A stretch of DNA of 40,000 nucleotides from Chitinophaga pinensis (GCA_943371815.1 CALRWB020000003.1:68707-108706), one strand, 5' to 3'. Numbered from the stretch's first letter, positions 16,628-23,802 are shown. Numbers and translations are program-made. Notes: generated from the letters alone by a model not told the origin.

Positions 16628-17134
16628 TCAAGCAACCTCGCTCTTGTCGCACAATGTGCATACCCTAAGGGAGCAAGCAAAGGCAATTTCATGCCATCTT
16701 TCGGGTTTAATACCTAATCTTGTAGGCACTTCAGAGGGCAACAAGCCACGCCTCAGAAGCTTCTGTCCTCGAGCGTGCAATTCCCTCCAACTTGCAGGCA
16801 CTTTGATCAGGAACCCCTTATCACGGAGGTAGTGATACACCTCCCCATTGGCATAGGTGCGGGCATAGGGCCGAAATGATCCCCGCTCCGGGGAGTAGCG
16901 GCGGGCAGCATGGATGATGCCGAGCATGGCGATCTGCTCCAGGTCCTCCTTTGGATGACCAGTCCGGCGGGAGATGTTGCCAGCGACGGTGGCGGCGATG
17001 TCGCCGTGCTGCAGTGCCAACGCATTGGCCGCGGCATGGGGGTTCACTGGCCGATGCCGTCGTGGTTTGGGTGGATAAGCCACCACCCTGGGGCAGGGCC
17101 GATGGGGATGGGACGGATCGAGTGATTGGCTCAT
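16628..17134 (-). CDS. Sigma-70-family (SigF-like) protein lacking region 4; possibly truncated or chimeric
   Basis: Start MSQSLD at 17134, 4 nt after the terminase stop. Region 2: EDLEQIAMLGIIHAARRYSPERGSFRPYARTYANGEVYHYLRDKGFLIKVPASW. Region-3-like: LLPSEVPTRLGIKPERWHEI. Ends 13 residues later with no region-4 HTH. The GC drop begins inside the 3' part. Confidence 0.65.
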   Translation of the reverse strand: MSQSLDPSHPHRPCPRVVAYPPKPRRHRPVNPHAAANALALQHGDIAATVAGNISRRTGHPKEDLEQIAMLGIIHAARRYSPERGSFRPYARTYANGEVYHYLRDKGFLIKVPASWRELHARGQKLLRRGLLPSEVPTRLGIKPERWHEIAFACSLRVCTLCDKSEVA

Positions 17135-17138
17135 TGGC

Positions 17139-18830
17139 TTACCTGGAGAACACCATCGGCACAGGCGAGGTGCCGTAGCCCCGGCCCCGCCAGAACTGCG
17201 CCTCGATCCAGAGGACCCCCTGGCAGAAGGCATCCACCTGGTCGTCCACACCACCTCTGGGCGAGAAGGCCAGAAGTTCCTCGATCAGCGAGTTGGCCTT
17301 GCGGGCAAAGCGCACTTGACCCGCCTCCACCAAGGGCGCAACCGCATGGGCCCTGGATGCCTTGCTGCCCTTGGGAGGAATGGCGATCAGGCCGGGAAGC
17401 TGGCGCTTGAGCAGCTGGCAGACGGCCGGGCCGTTGGCGGCGTCTTCTAGGAGGACGGCATTGGGGCGCAGGCCCTGGCGCTCCAGCGAGGCCAGGGAGG
17501 CCAGCAGGAACTTGATCACCCCCGGCAGGTCCAGCTGCTGCCGGTGGCTCCAGAGCGCCTCGATCTGCAGTTCGGCCCAGGGGTCGGGGGCATGTGCCCC
17601 CACTGCGGAGAGAGATCCACTACCCCTTGCAGCTCCTGCATTGGCGGCCAGCGCCAGGCCCTGCCGGCGAGCATCGGCAGCAGGGTGGCGCTGCGGCTCC
17701 AGCAGACCGAGCAGGGCAAAACCGCATGCGTCGTTGTCTTTTCCGTCCTTGAAGCTCAGATCGCAGCTCAGCACCAAAGGCGCATAGCGGCGTGGCTGGC
17801 CCGGGGCGATCGGCAAAGGAGGCTGGATCCACTGCTTCCGGAACAGCAGGCCTTCAGCGGGGCTGGGGCGCTGCTGGTAGAGGGCGTTCCACCAGTAAGA
17901 GCCCAGGCGGGTGCGGATGCGCTGCAGCACCTCCAGCGGCACCCGCTCGGGGCAGAGCGGCTCGCCGGGCTGGCGCCAGTCGATGACCTTGGTGCATGTA
18001 TGCGGAATCTGCATCGCAATGGATTCCGGTTCGGCGATAGCCGGCAGGTTGAGCACGGTCCAGTGCTCCGGGTTCTCCTCCGCTTCTTGCTCGAGCAACC
18101 AGGCAGTCATGTCGTGGTGGTCCCAGCGGGTCTGCACCACCACCTGGGCCGCCGGCAGCAACCCACCTGTTGCCGTCAGGCCAGGCTCGGCCCGGGTGAA
18201 CCAGACGCTCTTGAGCCAGTCGATCAGCCGCTCCCGTTGCAGCGCCGACTTGGCGTCCTCCGGGCCTTTGTAGGGGTCGTCGATGATCCCAAGGTTGTAG
18301 CCCTTGCCCGTGAACGGGCCCCGCACGCCGGCGGCGATGCAGCCACCCCGCTGGGGCGTCAGCCAGTTGCCCACCGCCGCCGAATCCTTGGAGAGGGCAT
18401 GGCCGGTGCTCCGGTAGTAGTGCCGCGCTTCTCTCGAGTGGGCATAGGCCAGCTCACCGGAGTAGCTGGCAATGGCGCAGAACTGCTGCGGGTGCCGGCT
18501 CACCCAGTAAGCAGGGAACAGGCGCGAAACCAGCTGGGATTTGCCGTGCCGCGGCGGACAGCAGACGATCAGGCGCGTCAGCTGGCCATCGGCCACCTGC
18601 TGGAGCAAGTCGATCAGCAGTTCAGAGAGCTGGTGGAACTGAAAGGTGGGGAAGGCCGAGCGAATGAAGTCGCGAAATAGCAGGCCTTGTCCGGTCGTTG
18701 TCGCCCGGTCAGGGTCGGGAACACCCAGCAGGCCCCAGTCGGCCCAAAGGTCGGTGGCGGGGTCCAGCAGCAGCCCGCCATCGCCAGTGATGGCGTTCGT
18801 CGGTCTGGTTGTCGCGGCGATGCGGCCCAT
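17139..18830 (-). CDS. terL: Terminase large subunit
   Basis: 563 aa. Walker A CCPPRHGKSQ, Walker B-like LGIIDDPYKG, C-terminal nuclease-type region. TGATG overlap with the upstream gene. Confidence 0.9.
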   Translation of the reverse strand: MGRIAATTRPTNAITGDGGLLLDPATDLWADWGLLGVPDPDRATTTGQGLLFRDFIRSAFPTFQFHQLSELLIDLLQQVADGQLTRLIVCCPPRHGKSQLVSRLFPAYWVSRHPQQFCAIASYSGELAYAHSREARHYYRSTGHALSKDSAAVGNWLTPQRGGCIAAGVRGPFTGKGYNLGIIDDPYKGPEDAKSALQRERLIDWLKSVWFTRAEPGLTATGGLLPAAQVVVQTRWDHHDMTAWLLEQEAEENPEHWTVLNLPAIAEPESIAMQIPHTCTKVIDWRQPGEPLCPERVPLEVLQRIRTRLGSYWWNALYQQRPSPAEGLLFRKQWIQPPLPIAPGQPRRYAPLVLSCDLSFKDGKDNDACGFALLGLLEPQRHPAADARRQGLALAANAGAARGSGSLSAVGAHAPDPWAELQIEALWSHRQQLDLPGVIKFLLASLASLERQGLRPNAVLLEDAANGPAVCQLLKRQLPGLIAIPPKGSKASRAHAVAPLVEAGQVRFARKANSLIEELLAFSPRGGVDDQVDAFCQGVLWIEAQFWRGRGYGTSPVPMVFSR

Positions 18831-19402
18831 CAGGCCTTGGCCTCCGGGGGCTTGATCGGTGCCCGCAGCAGGCCACCGATCTCGGCGATCACCCGGAACG
18901 CACCAACCGCGGCGTTGAACTGGCCAGCGTCCATCGCCCGCCGGGCACAGTCATTGAGGGCAAAGATCTGTTCGGCCTGGTGCCGGCGGCGATCGGTGAT
19001 GAGCTCCTGCACCATGCGCTCCCGCGCCAGTGACAGGTACCGGCTGACGGTGCGGACGTTGGTGATCCCCCAGTTTTGTCGGGCATTTGTCCGAATCTCG
19101 ATCAATGGCAGCCGTTGAGCGATCCAGAGTTGTGACTCCGCAACTCGGCGTTCAACCTCCTGGCGACTGGGGCGCGGCGAGAAAGGAGCCTCGGCAGTTG
19201 GTCGAGGGGGCTGGTTGCACCGAGGGTGGGCCCCTTTGGTCGCCTTCTTCTGCTTGCCGTCGCTCCAGACCGGTTTGCCATCCGCATCTTCTGTCGGCGC
19301 TGAGTTGCGCAGTTCTTCCACTGCATCGGCGCCTTCAGGGTGTTCCCCGCTGTGGCAATCTTCTGCGGGAACGTTATCCACGGGCCGCCATTTGGCTGTC
19401 AC
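18830..19402 (-). CDS. Candidate terminase small subunit (start uncertain, GTG)
   Basis: 190-aa ORF immediately upstream of terL and overlapping it. Basic/helical C-terminal half. Assignment is by position only. Confidence 0.45.
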   Translation of the reverse strand: MTAKWRPVDNVPAEDCHSGEHPEGADAVEELRNSAPTEDADGKPVWSDGKQKKATKGAHPRCNQPPRPTAEAPFSPRPSRQEVERRVAESQLWIAQRLPLIEIRTNARQNWGITNVRTVSRYLSLARERMVQELITDRRRHQAEQIFALNDCARRAMDAGQFNAAVGAFRVIAEIGGLLRAPIKPPEAKA

Positions 19403-19423
19403 TAAGTCTAGGCCTTATTGGCC
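19396..19423 (-). promoter_or_regulatory. Possible degenerate, expanded motif copy 5 (GGCCAATAAGGCCTAGACTTAGTGACAG)
   Basis: Shares the GGC(C)AATA(A)GG and AGTGAC halves with the consensus, separated by 9 extra nt. Sits at the start of the terminase block. Confidence 0.3.
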
Positions 19424-19509
19424 TACAAAAAGTAAGAGCTATTGGCTCTATCTGTGCTGTTGAGTGTTGATTTGTGCTGATGCTTGGGAGTTGTTGTGGT
19501 CTGAGTGGC

Positions 19510-19782
19510 TCAGTTCAGGTAATTCCTGGCGTTGCAGGTCTTGTAGGCCGTCGCCTGTGCCCCATCCGGCCAGTTCCTGCCGAACGCCAAGGTCGCGATG
19601 GCGGCATTGATGGGCTCCGAGCTCCAGATGCCGCCATTGGCGTTCAGTCCGACTTTGCAGAGCTGTCTCAGGGCCGCTTCTTCGTCTGGGGTCAGCGCTT
19701 GTGCAGGCAGCACGTTCGTGGCGAGGGCCAGGAGCGTGGTGGCAAGTCCGCTGGTTAGTCGCCTCGTCTGGGATTGGTTCAT
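19510..19782 (-). CDS. Small secreted protein (signal peptide, two Cys)
   Basis: MNQSQTRRLTSGLATTLLALATNVLPAQA followed by LTP... fits a Sec signal peptide with an AQA cleavage site. 90 aa from ATG 19782. Confidence 0.5.
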   Translation of the reverse strand: MNQSQTRRLTSGLATTLLALATNVLPAQALTPDEEAALRQLCKVGLNANGGIWSSEPINAAIATLAFGRNWPDGAQATAYKTCNARNYLN

Positions 19783-19852
19783 GGCTGTTCGCGAGCGTGC
19801 TGGATGGTGTGTACGTCCAGCGCCATCAGTAACGGCAGATGGCGCCATTCAG

Positions 19853-20662
19853 TCAGGTGTCGATGCGTTGCAGGAAGTGCGCTCTGCGGTGGCCGCCGGA
19901 GCCCGCCTCCACCAGGACCCATCCCTTGCTCGCTCCACCAAGGGGTTCGGGCTGTTGTCGTCCGTTCTTCCTGAAGCGTTCTGCTGCGCGGTACAGCTGC
20001 TTCTTGAAGCCTTCGACGAGGTGCGGCTCCAGCTGGGCGATCACCTCGCTGGAGCTCAGCCGAGGGGCCTGCGGTTGCTTGGGTACTGGCGGGGGCAGTG
20101 GAGGTGCCGACCTGGCCTGCCGGGCCTGCTGCAGGCGTTGCTGCCACGCCGCCTCGATCTTGGCCGGGTTGGTGTGGAGAAAGGCCACCAGGGCCTGGCT
20201 GGCCTTGCGGCTGATCGGGTCATAGCCCCAGTTGGCAGCTTCCCCACTCAGCCACCAGCTGGCCAGGGCGACTTCACTGATGGCGTCCTGGATGGCCTCG
20301 GTGCTCCAGCCCTGGCGCATCAGCAGGAACAGCCGGGTGCTTCGCAGCTGATGTCGGGTGGAGTGCCTCCAGTTCAGATAGGCGACAGGGCTTTGTCTTG
20401 CCCTGAGGAAGAGGCTCTCGGCGCTCCCAGGGGCACTGCCTTCTGGCGAGGGCTTGGCCTGGGGCCATCGGAATCCCCAGGGCTTGAGGGCCTCGCCGAG
20501 TTCTCTGAACTCCTTGCTGACCCCGTAAGGAGGCTCCTGGTCCTGATGGGCTCCGCCGGTGGGCGGCGTGGAACCGTTGCCGATCAAGGCCGGGTCCAGC
20601 CAGTTCATTGAGGCGTTTCCAGCATCGGCGCCTCGTTCGCCTGACAACCGCTCCTGTGTCAT
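19853..20662 (-). CDS. Hypothetical protein, paralogue A
   Basis: 269 aa. Shares the pattern LF..(7)..Y(L/M).WR...GW(S/P)(T/S)EA...WL.GEA with the neighbouring gene. Confidence 0.55.
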   Translation of the reverse strand: MTQERLSGERGADAGNASMNWLDPALIGNGSTPPTGGAHQDQEPPYGVSKEFRELGEALKPWGFRWPQAKPSPEGSAPGSAESLFLRARQSPVAYLNWRHSTRHQLRSTRLFLLMRQGWSTEAIQDAISEVALASWWLSGEAANWGYDPISRKASQALVAFLHTNPAKIEAAWQQRLQQARQARSAPPLPPPVPKQPQAPRLSSSEVIAQLEPHLVEGFKKQLYRAAERFRKNGRQQPEPLGGASKGWVLVEAGSGGHRRAHFLQRIDT

Positions 20663-20727
20663 CCAGTGTCGATCTGTGACTAAGGCAAGCTAGCCGCGAT
20701 ATTTGGTGTCACAAGGCGGCAATAGCA

Positions 20728-21276
20728 CTACCCCTGGTGTGGGGAGGCCCTTCTGCGCAGTCGGTGCCCATTCCCATGCCCTCCTGATTCCGGTCCCAGC
20801 TCCACCAACTGCCAGTCCCTGTGTTGCCCACCCAGCTGTACGGGCAACGCTTGATGGTTGCCCCTCACTTTCCTTGAGGCCTGTCTGAGCGCCTTTTCGA
20901 AGGCTGGGAGGGTTACCGCCCTGCCGGCTTCGATCTCCTCCTGGATGAGCTTCTGGGCCTCGCCGCTGGTCATGACCGGGCCGTAGCTAGGAGCCGCGTA
21001 TGCCGGACTCTCCACAGCCTTTTCCTCGAGGGCCCTTTTCTCCCGTGCTGCCGCCGCTCTGCGGGCCTCTCCTTCGAGCCACCCCTTGGCCAGCTTCAGC
21101 TCTTCACTCTCCTCATCGAAGGCCTCGCTGGGCCAGCCGCTGCCCAGCCTTGCCATGCGGGACATGATTTTGAGGCTTGAAAGGATGCTGGCCCTCCAGG
21201 CCATGTAGTGGAGCCGGCTGTAGCCCGCCTCCATGAACAGCCTCTCCACCGGAGTCAATACGTCGCTGCCTTCCAC
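20728..21276 (-). CDS. Hypothetical protein, paralogue B (GTG start)
   Basis: 182 aa. LFMEAGYSRLHYMAWRAS...GWPSEAFDEESEELKLAKGWLEGEA parallels LFLRARQSPVAYLNWRHS...GWSTEAIQDAISEVALASWWLSGEA. Confidence 0.55.
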   Translation of the reverse strand: MEGSDVLTPVERLFMEAGYSRLHYMAWRASILSSLKIMSRMARLGSGWPSEAFDEESEELKLAKGWLEGEARRAAAAREKRALEEKAVESPAYAAPSYGPVMTSGEAQKLIQEEIEAGRAVTLPAFEKALRQASRKVRGNHQALPVQLGGQHRDWQLVELGPESGGHGNGHRLRRRASPHQG

Positions 21277-21351
21277 GGCTGTGTCGATCAGGGTCCTCTT
21301 CAGGCTATGGAGGTCGACTTTTGATCCCCATCTGGGTAGGTCTGGGCCCTT

Positions 21352-22524
21352 TCAGAGCGGCTCAGCGCCTTCGCTGAGAATCGCCAGATAGGCGTCGTAG
21401 GCAAAGAGCCGGTTGCGTTGCCCGCCGGTGATCTCCCGTGCAATGCCCAGGTCCACCAGGGTCTCCAGGGCTTTGGCTGTGGTGCTGAAGCTCAGGCTGC
21501 AGACGCTGCTCAGCTGTTTGATGCTGTTGAGTGGGCGCCGGCACAGGGCCGCAAACACCTGGCGAACGCTGGGGCCTGAACGTCCCAGGCCGCTAAGGCG
21601 GGCCTCATCTGTGCGGAACAACGCCAGCAGGCGATGTGCGGTGGTGACGGCGGCAGTTGCGGTGCTCTCGACGCCTTCTAGGAAGAAATCGATCCAGGCT
21701 TCCCAGTCGCCGTCCTCGCGGATGCCACTTAGCAGTTCGTAGTAGCGGCTGCGGTGCTGCTTGAAGAAAAGGCTCAGGTAGAGCAGCGGCTGCTGAAGCA
21801 CCCCGGCATCGATCAGCATCAGCACGATCAGCAGCCGGCCCAGGCGCCCGTTGCCGTCCAGAAATGGGTGGATGGTCTCGAACTGCACGTGGGCCAAGGC
21901 GGCCCGCACCAGCACCGGCAGGGAGTGAGCCCCATCCGGAGTGCCGTGGATGAAGTGCTCCAGCTGGCCCATGCACGTGTCCACCAGCTCGGGGGGCGGT
22001 GGCACAAAGCTGGCGTTACCGGGCCGGGTGCCGCCGATCCAGTTCTGGCTCCGGCGGAACTCCCCAGGCAGCCGATCGGCTCCGCGGCCCCTGGCAAGCA
22101 AGCGGGAGTGGATCTCCCGCAGAAGCCGCGAGGAGAGGGGGAAGTCCTCCCGCAGCCGCGCCAGGCCGTGCTCCAGTCCTGCCACATAACTGGATACCTC
22201 GACCACGTCATCGAAGGGGACGCCGGGGGCCTCTTCCAGCTCGAACAGCAGCAGGTCTGCGAGCGACGACTGGGTGCCCTCGATCTGGGAGGACAGCAGA
22301 GCTTCCCGCCTCACGTAGGCGTAAAGGAACAGCTCCCGATCCGGCAGCAGGGCTGACACCCCATCCAGACGGCCGCAGGCCAGCAGTGCCCGATCGTGCA
22401 GGGCCTGGAGGGCGCCCTCGATCAGCAAGGGCGGCTCTGGCGGCAACGGCGCTGGCACGAAGGCGCGCACCTCCTCGCCAGCAGTGCTGGTGAGCTCATA
22501 ACGGCCGGCGCTGTCGCGCTTCAT
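21352..22524 (-). CDS. Fic-family protein (class II, N-terminal autoinhibitory helix, C-terminal wHTH)
   Basis: Fic motif HPFLDGNGRLGR. Inhibitory [ST]xxxE[GN] motif SSQIEG in the N-terminal domain. 390 aa. Confidence 0.9.
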   Translation of the reverse strand: MKRDSAGRYELTSTAGEEVRAFVPAPLPPEPPLLIEGALQALHDRALLACGRLDGVSALLPDRELFLYAYVRREALLSSQIEGTQSSLADLLLFELEEAPGVPFDDVVEVSSYVAGLEHGLARLREDFPLSSRLLREIHSRLLARGRGADRLPGEFRRSQNWIGGTRPGNASFVPPPPELVDTCMGQLEHFIHGTPDGAHSLPVLVRAALAHVQFETIHPFLDGNGRLGRLLIVLMLIDAGVLQQPLLYLSLFFKQHRSRYYELLSGIREDGDWEAWIDFFLEGVESTATAAVTTAHRLLALFRTDEARLSGLGRSGPSVRQVFAALCRRPLNSIKQLSSVCSLSFSTTAKALETLVDLGIAREITGGQRNRLFAYDAYLAILSEGAEPL

Positions 22525-22559
22525 GAGCCCTCGGGCGCGAACCTTAAATAGGCTCGCAT

Positions 22560-22593
22560 CTTATTCAAGGATCGGGGCTCATCCTTGAATAAG
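22560..22593. promoter_or_regulatory. Perfect 13-bp inverted repeat (CTTATTCAAGGAT, 8-nt spacer, ATCCTTGAATAAG) upstream of fic
   Basis: Read directly from the sequence. Lies 36 nt upstream of the fic start. Candidate operator or hairpin. Confidence 0.5.
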
Positions 22594-22690
22594 GTTGGAC
22601 CTGGCTGGTCGCCGTGTCTGCCCGAAGAGGTCGGGCTTGGCCTTTTTTGGGCGCTTCTGGGCGCTTCCAGTCGGCCTTTTGGAGCCCCAT

Positions 22691-22712
22691 TTAGGCAAGT
22701 GATTAGGCAAGT
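22691..22712 (+). repeat. Tandem direct repeat TTAGGCAAGT, 2-nt spacer, TTAGGCAAGT
   Basis: Exact 10-mers at 22691-22700 and 22703-22712, about 20 nt from the tRNA fragment. Possible recombinase arm-type sites. Confidence 0.4.
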
Positions 22713-22732
22713 CGAGGCCAGATCCCAGGTGT

Positions 22733-22793
<61 letters not shown>

Positions 22794-22893
22794 TTGCCTC
22801 GAACCTTCGCCCCAAGGGGTATCCAGCACTACGCGTAGCGCCCTTCCCGATTTCGGCCACTCCAGCTAGCGTAGGCTCAGTCGTCAGACCGGG

Positions 22894-23235
22894 ATGACCC
22901 AGCTCCACGATCTGCGCCTGCGCCTGCTGGTGCAACAGGAAAGTGAACGCATTGCCGGTAGCCAGCCAGCCGAGCTGGATCTCTCGGTGGTGCAGGCCCG
23001 TTGCCTTTGCTGGCTAGCCCTGCTCGCAGAAGCCCACGAAGAGCAGGCCACAGACGCGGAAAAGGGTGGCGATGTGGAGCAGGCCATGGGCTGGTTCGCC
23101 GATTCGATGCGCCTGCGCGACGTGATCAACGTGGTGAGCTCGATCGAAATCCCCCTGCCTGCCGCCAGTGAGCAGGATGACGACTGCGGCTTTGTCGACG
23201 GAGATGGTTGGACCGAAGGTCCCCTTGCTGCCTGA
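22894..23235 (+). CDS. Hypothetical protein
   Basis: 113-aa ORF with ATG start, the first gene outside the element. Confidence 0.5.
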   Translation: MTQLHDLRLRLLVQQESERIAGSQPAELDLSVVQARCLCWLALLAEAHEEQATDAEKGGDVEQAMGWFADSMRLRDVINVVSSIEIPLPAASEQDDDCGFVDGDGWTEGPLAA

Positions 23236-23283
23236 GGGTCTGCTTAGGTGCCATGATGGGGTTCGTGAGCACTAGGGAGTGCG

Positions 23284-23802
23284 GTGCCAGAAGAGCCCTG
23301 CCAATGCCCTGATTGCCAACGGTTTTATCGGGAACACGACCGATTGATCCGTGAGAATCCCACCCTGCGCCAGCAGCAGGAGCTCAGTTGGGCTGCGTTG
23401 CAATCCTTTCGCACCCTGGCGGGCCGGGTGATGGAAGAGTTGCAAAAGCAGCAAGAAGCCTCTGAATCGGCCGCTGATTCCGCCACCGACTCCTCCCCCC
23501 CTTCGCTCGCCACGCCCCACGGCCGGGAAGCATCAGCAGCCCCCGCAGGAGCACCAGCCAATGGTGGCCAGGGCGCCGATGAGGGCGATCCCATCCAGCA
23601 GGCCATGGCTGATCTGGAGAACATCAACGCCCATCTGTTCTCGATCGAGGCCTTGATGGAGCGCATCTTTGATGTGCGCGTGCCCGATCAGGTGGAGCAA
23701 AAATTCCGGGAGCTCGCCGGTGAACTCGCCCCCGATCCGCTCAATGCCGATCGGTTGCGGCTCAACCGCCTGCTCCACCAAACCCCAGACCTGCCGGGTT
23801 GA
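23284..23802 (+). CDS. Hypothetical protein (N-terminal CxCxxC, acidic low-complexity middle)
   Basis: 172-aa ORF with GTG start. No recognisable family. Confidence 0.5.
   Translation: MPEEPCQCPDCQRFYREHDRLIRENPTLRQQQELSWAALQSFRTLAGRVMEELQKQQEASESAADSATDSSPPSLATPHGREASAAPAGAPANGGQGADEGDPIQQAMADLENINAHLFSIEALMERIFDVRVPDQVEQKFRELAGELAPDPLNADRLRLNRLLHQTPDLPG

Larger units (their letters stand above)
15140..16860. other. Low-GC inserted block (moron) carrying the Rex-like gene pair
   Basis: My 60-nt counts: 15181-15240 is 23/60 GC and 16681-16740 is 26/60. Flanks: 15001-15060 is 40/60 and 16861-16920 is 40/60. Confidence 0.75.

Noticed and set aside
17544-18680. 378-aa plus-strand ORF inside the terminase gene, and similar long antisense ORFs (e.g. 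25324-26610, 13843-14820, 26982-28013)
   Set aside because: These lie antisense to genes with unambiguous conserved products. Their Arg/Gly/Ala/Pro-rich composition is typical of spurious ORFs in high-GC DNA.
19853-20662. Possible tyrosine integrase (HSTRHQLRSTRLFLLMRQGW resembles an HxLRH box)
   Set aside because: The motif is in the N-terminal half. There is no recognisable catalytic R...HxxR...Y arrangement or SAM-like N-domain, and the protein is clearly paralogous to its non-recombinase neighbour.
20716-20730. Plus-strand partial motif match GGCAATAGCACTACC
   Set aside because: It matches only 12 of 15 positions after allowing a gap, has the wrong orientation for the flanking minus-strand genes, and has no credible plus-strand gene downstream. 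It is probably chance.
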